Made by a program: the position numbers and the translations under genes. The notes beneath the pieces are model-generated. The model saw only the letters and a program-made list of their open reading frames with translations, had not been told where the DNA came from and did no database searches. From Candidatus Saccharimonadota bacterium (GTDB lineage: Bacteria > Patescibacteriota > Saccharimonadia > Saccharimonadales > Saccharimonadaceae): DNA of 64,000 nucleotides. This document shows, piece after piece, positions 1 through 9,789 of this stretch; within the stretch, counting starts at the first letter, position 1; the number at the start of each line of letters is the position of its first letter. Location: positions 120,296 through 184,295 of the forward strand of contig JAFWSN010000001.1 in the NCBI GenBank assembly GCA_017519305.1. Direction: 5' to 3'.

Positions 1-834
1 ATGGATGTTCCGGTTTATGCTGCTGGCGGCGTTATTTTAACCTCGGCTGGGGAAATTCACGGCATCACTAACGGTATAGAAGTACGCTCCGGTGAACTCA
101 ACATTACTGGCGGTTCCATCACGGTTGATGCCGAAACCAAATATGATGTCGGCCCTAAACCAACCAACGGTTCTTCGATCTTGGGCGCTGCCATCGTCGT
201 CTCTCAGCACACTACGAAAATGCCAATCACCATCAATATTTCCGGCGGCACTTTTACTGCTGATAAAGCATTTGTAGAGGCTAACGTGATTAATAACCCA
301 GATGCATCTATATCTCTGGTTACTGGTGTAGTTACTGGTGGTACTTTTATCTCTACTGATAATACAGGAGGAGCCGAAGCTATTTTGAGCGAGCACTGGA
401 CAGGGTTTATTTCTGGTGGCACCTATTCGGTTAAACCAAAAGATGAATATATTGCTCCGGGCTACGAACTCAAGCAGCGTTCAGAATCCCTTTGGGAAGT
501 AATTCCGGAAGGCTCCGAGGACCAAGTGCCGGTCGACGATGACACTAATCCGGCCGTCCCAGACACTGGTTTTGGTGCCGAAATTGAGCGTTTTAAATCC
601 GCCAAAGACGGCCATTCTGGCAACTTCATTATTATCTTAAGTTTAGTGGCATTTTATCTTGTCTTTATCTATAAACTGTGGTATAATTACCTAGATATTA
701 ACAATAAGGGAAAATATGAGTCGTATCGGAAAACAACCCATCGAGATTCCGGCGGGAGTGACAATCACGGTCGGCGACAAAGAAATTACTGTCGCAGGAC
801 CAAAGGGTTCACTCGTCGTCCCGGTTCAGCCTAA
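1..834 (+). CDS. C-terminal part of a surface protein with a VPDTG sortase-like motif and TM segment (5' truncated by the window edge)
   Basis: Gly/Thr-rich beta-solenoid-like sequence, acidic linker, VPDTG at 556-570, hydrophobic helix FIIILSLVAFYLVFIY, then a basic tail. The frame runs 119 bp into rplF. Confidence 0.7.
   Translation: MDVPVYAAGGVILTSAGEIHGITNGIEVRSGELNITGGSITVDAETKYDVGPKPTNGSSILGAAIVVSQHTTKMPITINISGGTFTADKAFVEANVINNPDASISLVTGVVTGGTFISTDNTGGAEAILSEHWTGFISGGTYSVKPKDEYIAPGYELKQRSESLWEVIPEGSEDQVPVDDDTNPAVPDTGFGAEIERFKSAKDGHSGNFIIILSLVAFYLVFIYKLWYNYLDINNKGKYESYRKTTHRDSGGSDNHGRRQRNYCRRTKGFTRRPGSA
659..687 (+). promoter_or_regulatory. Sigma70-type promoter for rplF-rplR-rpsE-rplO
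   Basis: TTGTCT (659-664), 17-nt spacer, TG-G-TATAAT (-10 at 682-687). Confidence 0.65.
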
Positions 835-1252
835 GACCACTACCAAGGTCGAAGGTACTCAAATTGTCGTCACTCGTGAGAATGACGAACCAAAATCAAA
901 AGCCTGGCACGGTTTGCAACGCGCATTGCTCAACAATGCCGTTGAAGGCGTCACTAAGGGCTTTGAGAAAAAACTTGAAATCAACGGTGTCGGTTTCCGT
1001 CTATCTGGCGGTCCAAAAGACATCGAAATGGCTTTAGGTTTTTCACATCCAGTCAAATACAGTGCTCCAGAAGGCATTACTTTGACTACCAACAAAATGG
1101 AAATCACAGTCTCTGGCATCGACAAACAACAAGTCGGTCAAGTTGCTGCTGAAATCCGTAGCCTCAAGAAACCTGAACCTTACAAAGGTAAAGGTATTAA
1201 GTATGTCGACGAAGTTATTATTCGTAAGGCAGGAAAGGCAGGTAAGAAATAA
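716..1252 (+). CDS. rplF: 50S ribosomal protein L6
   Basis: MSRIGKQPI start; [12 protein letters not shown] motif. Confidence 0.98.
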   Translation: MSRIGKQPIEIPAGVTITVGDKEITVAGPKGSLVVPVQPKTTTKVEGTQIVVTRENDEPKSKAWHGLQRALLNNAVEGVTKGFEKKLEINGVGFRLSGGPKDIEMALGFSHPVKYSAPEGITLTTNKMEITVSGIDKQQVGQVAAEIRSLKKPEPYKGKGIKYVDEVIIRKAGKAGKK

Positions 1253-1581
1253 TGAAAGCTGAATATCGCGCTAACCGCACCCGTGCGAAGATTCACGGTA
1301 CTGCCGAGCGCCCACGCTTAAGCGTTAATTTCTCAAATCTTCACATTACTGCACAAATCATCGATGATGACAAAAAAGTTACTTTAGCTTACGCTACAAC
1401 CGTCGGCAAAAAACTTACTGGTAGCAAGACCGAAAAGGCTGCTGTCGTTGGTAAAGAAATTGCTGAAAAAGCTAAAAAAGCCAAAGTTAAAAAAGTCGTC
1501 TTTGATCGCGGTTCTAAAATTTATGCTGGCCGTATGTCTGCACTCGCTGACGCCGCCCGCAAGGAAGGATTGGAGTTTTAA
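1252..1581 (+). CDS. rplR: 50S ribosomal protein L18
   Basis: [34 protein letters not shown]; TAATG overlap with rplF. Confidence 0.97.
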   Translation: MKAEYRANRTRAKIHGTAERPRLSVNFSNLHITAQIIDDDKKVTLAYATTVGKKLTGSKTEKAAVVGKEIAEKAKKAKVKKVVFDRGSKIYAGRMSALADAARKEGLEF

Positions 1582-1583
1582 TT

Positions 1584-2210
1584 ATGGCCGAAGAAAATAA
1601 AGCCCCAAAAGTTATTAATAAATCCGGCACCCTTAAGATGACGGATGAGACCGCAGCCAAGAAAGAATCTCGTGATATCTCCGGCAAGAAAATGGATCGT
1701 CGTAATCGTCGTGATCGCGTCAAAGCTGACGTCGCTCCAAAAGAATTTGACGAAATCACCATCGCCGTTGATCGCGTTTCTCGTACCGTTGCTGGTGGTC
1801 GCCGCATGCGTTTCAAAGCACTTGTTGCCATTGGAAACCACAAAAACAAAGTTGGTGTTGGTGTAGCTAAAGGTAACGATGTTACCACCGCTGTCGCCAA
1901 GGCTACTTCCAAAGCTAAGAAATCTATGATTACCTTTGCTATGGATGGCGAAACTATCTGCCACGAAGTCGAAACCAAAGTTACTGGCGCCGACATCTTG
2001 ATGAAACCAGCCGCTCCTGGTACTGGTATTATCGCAGGTGGTACCGTTCGTTCAATCATGGGTCTTACTGGTGTTAAAAACCTTATTTCTAAGTCCCTTG
2101 GTTCTACCAACAAAGTCAACATTGCTTACGCTGTAATTGAAGGCCTCAAGCAACAAGTCCCACGTGATCAGTGGAACGGTGTTAAAGCCGCCAAAAAGGA
2201 GACTAAGTAA
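1584..2210 (+). CDS. rpsE: 30S ribosomal protein S5
   Basis: RVSRTVAGGRRMRF, PAAPGTGIIAGG, SKSLGSTN; N-terminal extension. Confidence 0.98.
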   Translation: MAEENKAPKVINKSGTLKMTDETAAKKESRDISGKKMDRRNRRDRVKADVAPKEFDEITIAVDRVSRTVAGGRRMRFKALVAIGNHKNKVGVGVAKGNDVTTAVAKATSKAKKSMITFAMDGETICHEVETKVTGADILMKPAAPGTGIIAGGTVRSIMGLTGVKNLISKSLGSTNKVNIAYAVIEGLKQQVPRDQWNGVKAAKKETK

Positions 2211-2674
2211 TGAAATACAATGATTTAATCGTCGAAAAGAATACTCGCCCATCCCGCAAGGGTCGCGGTATTTCAGCCGGCCAAGGTAAAACCGCTGGTC
2301 GTGGTACCAAGGGTCAAAAAGCCCGTACTGGTCACCGCAAAATGGCTGCTGGCTTCATGGGTGGCCAACGCGCTATCATGCAAGCCATTCCAAAGCTCAA
2401 AGGTTTCAAGAGCATTCACGCTAAAGCCGAAGTTGTCTATACCGATCGTTTGAACGATCTCAAAGGTAACGTCGACAACTTTGTTCTCGCCGACAACAAT
2501 TTGATCTCAGATCCTTATACTAAGGTCAAGGTCATCTCTCGCGGCGAGCTCACCGCTAAGATTAACCTCGAAACTCAATTTGCTTCTAAGACTGCAGTTG
2601 AGGCTCTCGTTAAAGCTGGTGGTAGCTTCAAGAAAGTTCCTGTGCCAATGCGCCCAGCCAAAAAAGCTGAATAA
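2210..2674 (+). CDS. rplO: 50S ribosomal protein L15
   Basis: GRGISAGQGKTAGRGTKGQKARTG, PKLKGF. Directly follows rpsE, with no rpmD between them. Confidence 0.97.
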   Translation: MKYNDLIVEKNTRPSRKGRGISAGQGKTAGRGTKGQKARTGHRKMAAGFMGGQRAIMQAIPKLKGFKSIHAKAEVVYTDRLNDLKGNVDNFVLADNNLISDPYTKVKVISRGELTAKINLETQFASKTAVEALVKAGGSFKKVPVPMRPAKKAE

Positions 2675-2680
2675 AACTTA

Positions 2681-2710
2681 AAAAATAACCCCTTCGGGGG
2701 TTATTTTTTT
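2681..2710 (+). terminator. Rho-independent terminator after rplO
   Basis: AAAAATAACCCC-TTCG-GGGGTTATTTTTTT. Confidence 0.9.
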
Positions 2711-2754
2711 GTCCATAAAGTGCTATTATAAAAAGAGTTAATAGTGGAGTTTTT

Positions 2755-3513
2755 ATGGACCAGAATATGCTGAAAACCAGTAAGAAACAGAGAATTGTCA
2801 TTGCCGTGATTGCTATCTTGATGATCGGCTCTTTTATCGCATCATATGCGGGGATTATTTTATCAAAAAGCGACAGCAGTGCTGCTGACGACACAGACGC
2901 TATTATTGAAAAATATGCTAGCCAGTACTATGAAGTACAGAAAAAAATGGCCAGTGCATCGTCTAGCCAGTTTGATGAATTCATCGCGTTTAAAAATCGT
3001 ATTGTTGCCTATAACGAAAACACCGCCAACGTAAATGGCCTCCAGACTGAGGACCTCAAAATTGGTGATGGCCGCACGCTCGTCGATGGCGACACAGATT
3101 ACCTAGCCTTTTATGTCGGTTGGTGTCCAGACGAAAGCATTTTTGACTCAACCTTTAATTCAAACGAATCGCCAGCTTCGTTTACTGGCATTCTCGACGC
3201 TAGTGTTGGACTAATCGAAGGATGGAACGCCGGTGTTGTCGGTATGAATCTCGGTGGTATCCGCGAAATAACTATCCCCGGTGAATTGGCTTATCAGGAC
3301 ACGACCGAAATTTGTGGTGGCACTTATAAACCACTCAAATTTATCGTAATGGCAGTTGAAAATTCTGGCGATTTTGCCAATCTTAATTCCGAACTTAACC
3401 TAGCTCGCACCAAATATCAGTACGCAAACTGGGGCATTGATTACGACAAACAAATTCAAACTTCCGCTAGCTCCGATGATGATTCAACCGAAGTGGTAGA
3501 GGGCGAAGAATAA
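2755..3513 (+). CDS. Membrane-anchored FKBP-type peptidyl-prolyl isomerase
   Basis: N-terminal TM; DLKIGDG, IFDST, LIEGWNAGVVGMNLGGIREITIPGELAY FKBP motifs. Confidence 0.85.
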   Translation: MDQNMLKTSKKQRIVIAVIAILMIGSFIASYAGIILSKSDSSAADDTDAIIEKYASQYYEVQKKMASASSSQFDEFIAFKNRIVAYNENTANVNGLQTEDLKIGDGRTLVDGDTDYLAFYVGWCPDESIFDSTFNSNESPASFTGILDASVGLIEGWNAGVVGMNLGGIREITIPGELAYQDTTEICGGTYKPLKFIVMAVENSGDFANLNSELNLARTKYQYANWGIDYDKQIQTSASSDDDSTEVVEGEE

Positions 3514-4322
3514 TGCTCGACCTCGCCATTGTTGGAGCTGGCCCAGCAGCGCTTTCGGCCGCAATTTACGCCGCACGCGCCGGGCTAAAAGTGCGTGTTT
3601 TCGAAAAAGGTAGCATGGGCGGAGCACTCGCTCGCATCGCCAGAATCGAAAACTACCCAGGCTTTATGGGTGCCGGTTCAGAGCTGGCTGATAAACTTAA
3701 GACTCAGGCGGCGGAATTTGGCGCCGAATTCGAATATGGCGAATGTCAAAAAGTTGAATACGGCTCGCTTACAATTGATGGCGAAAAAGTTTCTGCTCGC
3801 GCAATTTTGATTGCTACTGGCTCTGGTCCGAAATCTCTAGGAATCGAGGGAATTACGAAGCCGATTTCTTACTGTGCAATCTGTGACGGTGCGTTGTATG
3901 GCGGCAAGCGTCTTGCCGTGGTTGGCAGCGGTAACTCCGCTTTCCAAGAAGCCGCACATCTTGCTGAAATCGCTGAATCGGTTACGATTTTTGCTCACGC
4001 CAAAGTTAAGGCCGAATCGTATTTGATCAAAAATCTTCCAGACAACATTACTATAAAAGAAGATAATAATTTGACTGCTACAGAACTTAATCAATTCGAT
4101 GGTATTTTCGTCTTTATCGGCAAGAGTCCAGCTACGGATTTTCTCGATAAAACATTATTGACGAACGATGGATATATTAAAACCAACAACTATATGACCA
4201 GTGTTACTGGCGTGTTTGCTGCCGGTGACGTACGCGATGGCAGCGTGCAGCAAGTTGTGACCGCTGCCGCTGATGGTGCCAGTGCCGCACTCAGGATAGT
4301 GGACTTCTTAAGAGAAAAATGA
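3513..4322 (+). CDS. trxB: Thioredoxin reductase (compact)
   Basis: GAGPAA, ENYPGF, CAIC redox motif, GSGNSA, GVFAAGDV. Confidence 0.93.
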   Translation: MLDLAIVGAGPAALSAAIYAARAGLKVRVFEKGSMGGALARIARIENYPGFMGAGSELADKLKTQAAEFGAEFEYGECQKVEYGSLTIDGEKVSARAILIATGSGPKSLGIEGITKPISYCAICDGALYGGKRLAVVGSGNSAFQEAAHLAEIAESVTIFAHAKVKAESYLIKNLPDNITIKEDNNLTATELNQFDGIFVFIGKSPATDFLDKTLLTNDGYIKTNNYMTSVTGVFAAGDVRDGSVQQVVTAAADGASAALRIVDFLREK

Positions 4323-4351
4323 TATAATATATCTTAAGGGAGGTGGTCTTT

Positions 4352-4639
4352 ATGAATAGGGCCGTCGTCGGCTATCTCGTTATTATGCTGATCGACATAA
4401 TAATCGGGGCAATTGTTGGACGGAAGGACCGGGCTTTTGTCTGGATCCCGACAATTCTCTCCGCCATCGCGGTGTTCGTTCTGTACTATAAAGATTTAGT
4501 TGCTCTTGTAAAAGAGCAATATTTAGTTCAAAGCGACAGCATCGCCTATATTGGCGTAGCGGTTTTACTTATTCTCATTTCACTTACTTCTCATGCATTT
4601 GCGGAGGCATTTAGCGGGAATGAAGGAGACGGGGATTAA
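4352..4639 (+). CDS. Small hypothetical membrane protein (about 3 TM)
   Basis: ATG 4352 after AAGGGAGGTG SD; TGATATAAT at 4320-4328; hydrophobic segments; downstream hairpin. Confidence 0.65.
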   Translation: MNRAVVGYLVIMLIDIIIGAIVGRKDRAFVWIPTILSAIAVFVLYYKDLVALVKEQYLVQSDSIAYIGVAVLLILISLTSHAFAEAFSGNEGDGD

Positions 4640-4649
4640 TCGGTCTTAC

Positions 4650-4673
4650 GGGCCCCACCAGGGGCCCCTTTTT
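4650..4673 (+). terminator. Intrinsic terminator
   Basis: GGGCCCC-ACCA-GGGGCCC followed by a T tract. Confidence 0.75.
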
Positions 4674-4689
4674 ATGTTAAAATAACTTT

Positions 4690-6045
4690 ATGACACAGCA
4701 AACTTTTTTCTTTTACGATTTGGAAACATCCGGTTTAGACTCGCGCGATGCGCGCATCATGCAGTTTGCTGGACAACGCACAGATCTCGATCTTAATCCA
4801 ATCGGTGAACCAGTTAATATTTTGCTCAAACTAAACGACGATACTTTACCGAGTCCATCAGCGATTGCCGTGACTAAAATTACGCCGCAAAAAACTTTTG
4901 TCGATGGCTTAACCGAAGCCGAATTCGCAAAATTCGTTACCGAAGAAATTTTTACACCAAACACGATTGCCGTCGGCTACAATACCGTACGTTTTGATGA
5001 TGAATTTATGCGCCATCTTTTCTGGCGCACCTTCTATGATCCATATGAATTTGAATGGAAGGACGGTCGTAGTCGTTGGGATTTACTTGATGTAGTTAGA
5101 ATGACGCGCGCACTTCGCCCGGAGGGAATTAACTGGCCGGTGACCGAAGATGGTAAGGCCACTAACCGTTTGGAATTAATTACTAAGCTTAATAATATTT
5201 CCCACGAAAATGCGCACGATGCCGAGGCTGACGTCCAAGCTTCTATCGACGTTGCCAAACTGATTAAAGAAAAACAGCCAGAACTCTTTAACTTTCTTTT
5301 GAAGATTCGCAACAAGAACGATGTCAAGAAAATCGTTAACCTAGATGATAAAAAACCATTTGTTTATTCATCCGGCCGCTATTCATCAAAAACCAACAAG
5401 ACCACGGTGGCCTTTCCTTTAACCAGCTCCAGGAATGGTAATATTTTGGTTTTCGATCTGCGCTATAACCTAGAAGAATTGTTAAAAGACGAAGAACGAA
5501 AATCTTTCTATCCGGTAGTAAAAGAACTTTGTTTTAACCGTTGCCCGGCCGTTGCCCCACTTGGCGTATTGGACAAGGCAGACGGCTGGAAGAAAATTGA
5601 TCTCGACCAAAAAATCGTTGACGAAAATCTCACAGTACTACTAAAACATCCGGAATTCGCCGAAAAAATGCGCGAAGAGGTTGAGAACAAACCAGAATTC
5701 CCGCCAGCTATTGATCCGGAAGCCGCCCTTTACGATGGTTTTTTGAATGACCGCGATCGCATTCGTTGCGAAGCGGTACGCAATGCTAATGCAAATCAAC
5801 TTGCAGACTTCAACCCAGACTTTATCGATGAGAGATTGCCGGAATTGTTATTACACTACAAAGCGAAAAACTTCCCGCAAACTCTAACAGCAGAAGAATC
5901 TAAAAAATGGCAAGAGTATCGTCATGCCCGCTTGGAGCGCCAAGCCCCGGCTTTTCTAACGGAACTCGAAAAAATGACGGACGATTATTTGAAAGAGGAA
6001 TTAAAACTATATTTTGAATCATTAAATGATAGTGACTATTTATAA
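4690..6045 (+). CDS. sbcB: Exodeoxyribonuclease I
   Basis: DEDDh motifs FYDLETSG, GYNTVRFDDE, HDAEADV; ALRPEGINWP; NRLELIT. Confidence 0.95.
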   Translation: MTQQTFFFYDLETSGLDSRDARIMQFAGQRTDLDLNPIGEPVNILLKLNDDTLPSPSAIAVTKITPQKTFVDGLTEAEFAKFVTEEIFTPNTIAVGYNTVRFDDEFMRHLFWRTFYDPYEFEWKDGRSRWDLLDVVRMTRALRPEGINWPVTEDGKATNRLELITKLNNISHENAHDAEADVQASIDVAKLIKEKQPELFNFLLKIRNKNDVKKIVNLDDKKPFVYSSGRYSSKTNKTTVAFPLTSSRNGNILVFDLRYNLEELLKDEERKSFYPVVKELCFNRCPAVAPLGVLDKADGWKKIDLDQKIVDENLTVLLKHPEFAEKMREEVENKPEFPPAIDPEAALYDGFLNDRDRIRCEAVRNANANQLADFNPDFIDERLPELLLHYKAKNFPQTLTAEESKKWQEYRHARLERQAPAFLTELEKMTDDYLKEELKLYFESLNDSDYL

Positions 6046-6081
6046 AACTTATGCTAAAATAATATAAAGAAAGGTGGGCAG

Positions 6082-7023
6082 GTGTCACACAAAGTAATGA
6101 TTGTCGGTACTGGGCATGTCGGCGCGTCGATTGCGTTTGCTATTTTGAACCAGCAAACCGCTGTGAACGAGCTTATTTTGACTGACATAATCGCAAAAGA
6201 CGCCGAAGGTGAAGCGATGGATCTTAGCGACGCGATTGCGGTCGCCCCGAGCTATGTCAAAATTCGCAACGGCACATATAAAGACGCCAAGGATTGCGAC
6301 ATTGTTATTATTACGGCTGGCGCTGCTCAGCACAATAAAGAAACTAGGCGCGACCTTCTAAAAAGAAACGCCAATATCGTCAAGGGCATGGTTGACCAAA
6401 TCATGAACAGTGGCTTTAATGGTATTTTTATCGTTGTGACTAACCCGGTAGACGTAATGAGCTATCTAGTCTGGAAATTCTCTGGTTTGCCTTCCGAAAA
6501 AGTTATTGGTACCGGCACAGTGCTTGATTCTGCTCGTCTTTGCGAACGCATTTCTGAATATGTTGGAGTGAATCCAAAATCAATTCACGCCTATCAAGTT
6601 GGCGAACATGGCGATTCCGAGTTTGCACTCTGGTCTTCGGCAAATATTGGTGGGCAACCAGTCAGCACAATGTTGCCAGCTAGCACGATGAGCGGCATTG
6701 AAGGTTTTGTTCGTGGCAAGGCCTACGATATTATTGAGCGCAAAGGTAATACCGAATATGGTATTGGTGTTTGTACCGTAAGAATCATGAGCTGTATCTT
6801 GAATGACGAGCGTCGTGTATTGTCCGTGTCTAGCTATCATGATTACGATGACGTATATTATGGGTTCCCGGCCGTCGTTGGACGCGAGGGAATTATACGT
6901 CAAATTGATGTCGAACTTTCCGAAGCGGAAGGTATTAAATTAGCAAAATCGGTAAATGTTTTGAGAGATATGGTCGACTCCCTCAATATCAATAAGAAAC
7001 TTGACCGAGTTAAGCGTAAGTAG
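6082..7023 (+). CDS. ldh: L-lactate dehydrogenase
   Basis: GTGHVG Rossmann motif; GAAQHNKETRRDL has Q at the LDH/MDH specificity position; NPVD; GEHGDS. Confidence 0.9.
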   Translation: MSHKVMIVGTGHVGASIAFAILNQQTAVNELILTDIIAKDAEGEAMDLSDAIAVAPSYVKIRNGTYKDAKDCDIVIITAGAAQHNKETRRDLLKRNANIVKGMVDQIMNSGFNGIFIVVTNPVDVMSYLVWKFSGLPSEKVIGTGTVLDSARLCERISEYVGVNPKSIHAYQVGEHGDSEFALWSSANIGGQPVSTMLPASTMSGIEGFVRGKAYDIIERKGNTEYGIGVCTVRIMSCILNDERRVLSVSSYHDYDDVYYGFPAVVGREGIIRQIDVELSEAEGIKLAKSVNVLRDMVDSLNINKKLDRVKRK

Positions 7024-7055
7024 TAAAGTTAAAAAAGATAGATAAAGGAACAAAA

Positions 7056-8249
7056 ATGGATCCACTATATAATAATAATCCAACGCCAACGCCGGCTCCG
7101 AAGCCGACCCCAGCACCAAATGCGATGCCAAATATCGCGATTGCGGGTTCTGCTCCAGCGCCGAATCCAGCACCAGCCCCAGCTCCAGCACCGGCACCAG
7201 AACCAGTTGCGCCAGCACCAGCTGCGCCAACGCCAGCTCCGGTTGCCCCAGAACCAATGTTTGAACCACCAATGCCTCCGGTCCCACCGATGCCTCTAAT
7301 GCAAGGTCCAACGGAGCCAACTGTTCCTACTCCAACGATGGAAGAAATTCCAGCCGCTTCAATGTCTTTCGAAAACGCTTTCGCAAACTCAACTACCCCA
7401 ATCGACAGCAGCGCCTATGGTCTTGATGCTACTGAGCCAGTCGTTCAACCTGGCGTCGAGGAAGTTCGTGATCCAGTAGCAGAAGCTCTAGCCGCTCCGA
7501 TCAAGGCCGCCGATCCTGTTCCTGGCTCTATCGGTAGTGCATTCTCGGTACCACCAGAAGCACCAGAATCTACCTTGGCTGATATGGGAGCATCAGTTCC
7601 TACCACTCCAGTTAGTAACATATCTTTTAGCGATGGTCCGGCTTCAGCCTTCCAGCCAGATGAAGGCTTTGTTCCACATCCACCGCAGAAAGCCAATGCT
7701 AATCTTAAATATATTTTGATTGGCGTTGGGGCATTACTCGCGATCGTATTAGTGATCATTATCATCATGTCGATGGTGCCAAAAGGCTCATCGAATAACT
7801 CTGGCTCAAACGAACAACCTGAGGATCAGCAAGTTCTTACTGTTGACGCTAAGCTATCGTGCAAATACACCATGAAAGAAGCTGACCTCCTCGCCAATTA
7901 CGAAGCCAAGAGCGGAGAAGTTGTTGTTGAGGAAGAATTTAACAAAAACGGTATGGCTGGTTATGATAAGCAAACTACCCTTGAGTTCACCGATGCAGAT
8001 ATTGCTGATGCCGTAGGATCCATCATGATGGATGACGCGGAAAATGAGTTCTTGAGCTATGGTTTATCGGCAGATCCATTTGCGACATCCTTTGCTAGCA
8101 ACTCATCTACGCTTATTATCAAGCAGTCCGTTACTATAGATAGTGCCAACGCAGCGAATATCGAATACTACGGTATTAAGGCCGAAACGACGGCAGATAA
8201 AGAAAAGAGCAAATACGAAGAGCTCGGCTATACTTGTACTGTCGAATAA
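7056..8249 (+). CDS. Hypothetical bitopic membrane protein with Pro/Ala-rich N-terminal region
   Basis: PAPAPAP low-complexity tract, single TM (YILIGVGALLAIVLVIIIIMSMV), acidic C-terminal domain with 2 Cys. Confidence 0.75.
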   Translation: MDPLYNNNPTPTPAPKPTPAPNAMPNIAIAGSAPAPNPAPAPAPAPAPEPVAPAPAAPTPAPVAPEPMFEPPMPPVPPMPLMQGPTEPTVPTPTMEEIPAASMSFENAFANSTTPIDSSAYGLDATEPVVQPGVEEVRDPVAEALAAPIKAADPVPGSIGSAFSVPPEAPESTLADMGASVPTTPVSNISFSDGPASAFQPDEGFVPHPPQKANANLKYILIGVGALLAIVLVIIIIMSMVPKGSSNNSGSNEQPEDQQVLTVDAKLSCKYTMKEADLLANYEAKSGEVVVEEEFNKNGMAGYDKQTTLEFTDADIADAVGSIMMDDAENEFLSYGLSADPFATSFASNSSTLIIKQSVTIDSANAANIEYYGIKAETTADKEKSKYEELGYTCTVE

Positions 8250-8255
8250 AGCAAC

Positions 8256-8286
8256 AAAAACTCCCGGCATATAGCCGGGATTTTTT
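8256..8286 (+). terminator. Intrinsic terminator
   Basis: TCCCGGC-ATATA-GCCGGGA followed by a T tract. Confidence 0.8.
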
Positions 8287-8322
8287 GTTGCTAATAACCT
8301 AAAAATATTGTAAAATTATTGT

Positions 8323-9741
8323 ATGGCAAAAGTTTATCTTACTACAGCAATTCCATATGTTAACGGCGCGCCACACATTGGTCACGCCATGGACTATATT
8401 ATTTCCGACACTTATGCACGCTATCGTAAGCTTCGCGGCGACGAAGTGCGCTTGCAGGCTGGCACTGACGAACATGGTAATAAAATTTTCCGTAAAGCTA
8501 CGGAAACTAATATCCCAGTGCAGGAGTACGTAGATGCTAATGCGCAAAAATTCAAAGATTTCATCAAGAAACTCGATGCCGAATACACTGATTACGTTCG
8601 TACCACCGACGAAGACCACATGAAACGCTGCCAAGAAATTTGGCGCAGAATAAAAGACCATATTTATTCCGCGACTTATGGTGGCTGGTATTGCGTAGGT
8701 TGTGAAAGTTACGTCACACAAAAAGAATATGATGAAAACGGCGGTGTCTGTCCAGACCATCAAAAACCATATGAACGTCTCGAAGAAGAGAATTACTATT
8801 TCAGGATTTCCGATTTCAAAGATGAAATTCGTGCCAAAATCGAAAGCGACGAGATGAAAATCTTGCCAGAATTCCGTAAAAAAGAAATCCTAAAGATGCT
8901 CGAAGAGGCTCCAGACGTTTCAATTTCTCGCCCAACCTCACAATTGACTTGGGGTGTTCCGGTACCGGATGATCCAAATCAGACTATGTATGTTTGGATT
9001 GATGCACTCTCAAACTACATCACGGTCTTAGGCTATCCTGACAAATCTATCGATGAGTGGTGGCCGGCCACGGCACAATTTGTGGGTAAAGATATTTTGA
9101 GATTCCACACTATCATCTGGCCAGCTATGTTACTTGCGCTCGGTTTGCCTTTGCCTAAAGTTGTTTGCTCGCACGGCTTTATTCTTGCCGATGGTCAAAA
9201 AATGTCCAAATCTATTGGTAATGTCGTCGATCCAATCGAGGTGCTCGAAAAGCACGGCACGGATGCCTTCCGCTATTATTTCTTGCGTCACGTTGATACT
9301 TTTGCTGATGGCGATTTTACCTGGGATAAATTCGAAAGCGCATACAACACTGAGCTTGCCAACGATTATGGTAACCTCGTGCAGCGCCTTGCTACGATGG
9401 CGATGAAAAACAATATTGGCGGCAAGGGGATTGAGCCAAAAGAATTGGATGAGGAATATTGTGACTTGATGGATAATTTCGAACTCAGTAAAGCCTTTGA
9501 CTATGTTTGGGAAAAAGTCCAAAACATCAACAAACGTATCGATGATGAAAAACCGTGGATGCTTGCAAAGAGCGGCGAAACAGAAAAACTCCGCCAAGTC
9601 ATGACGTCACTGATCGAAGATTTGAAAACGACTAGCCTTATGCTCTCACCGTTCTTGCCAGACGCAACGAGTAAAGTTGTTGAAATCTTTGCTGGCGAAA
9701 CAATTACGCCACCAAGCGTTCCGCTATTTCCAAAAGATTAA
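8323..9741 (+). CDS. metG: Methionyl-tRNA synthetase (short form)
   Basis: YVNGAPHIGH, GTDEHG, CVGC/CPDH knuckle, KMSKS. Confidence 0.97.
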   Translation: MAKVYLTTAIPYVNGAPHIGHAMDYIISDTYARYRKLRGDEVRLQAGTDEHGNKIFRKATETNIPVQEYVDANAQKFKDFIKKLDAEYTDYVRTTDEDHMKRCQEIWRRIKDHIYSATYGGWYCVGCESYVTQKEYDENGGVCPDHQKPYERLEEENYYFRISDFKDEIRAKIESDEMKILPEFRKKEILKMLEEAPDVSISRPTSQLTWGVPVPDDPNQTMYVWIDALSNYITVLGYPDKSIDEWWPATAQFVGKDILRFHTIIWPAMLLALGLPLPKVVCSHGFILADGQKMSKSIGNVVDPIEVLEKHGTDAFRYYFLRHVDTFADGDFTWDKFESAYNTELANDYGNLVQRLATMAMKNNIGGKGIEPKELDEEYCDLMDNFELSKAFDYVWEKVQNINKRIDDEKPWMLAKSGETEKLRQVMTSLIEDLKTTSLMLSPFLPDATSKVVEIFAGETITPPSVPLFPKD

Positions 9742-9746
9742 TTCAT

Positions 9747-9780
9747 AAAAAATACGCCCCGGATCGAGGCGTATTTTTTT
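9747..9780. terminator. Bidirectional terminator between convergent metG and the aquaporin gene
   Basis: AAAAAATACGCC-CCGGATCGA-GGCGTATTTTTTT. Confidence 0.8.
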
Positions 9781-9789
9781 GTAGGCTAA

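Noticed and set aside
7056-7320. Pro/Ala-rich repeats and acidic or basic tails on S16, KhpA, RpoB and L32
   Set aside because: Ordinary low-complexity linkers with no exact periodicity or further signal.
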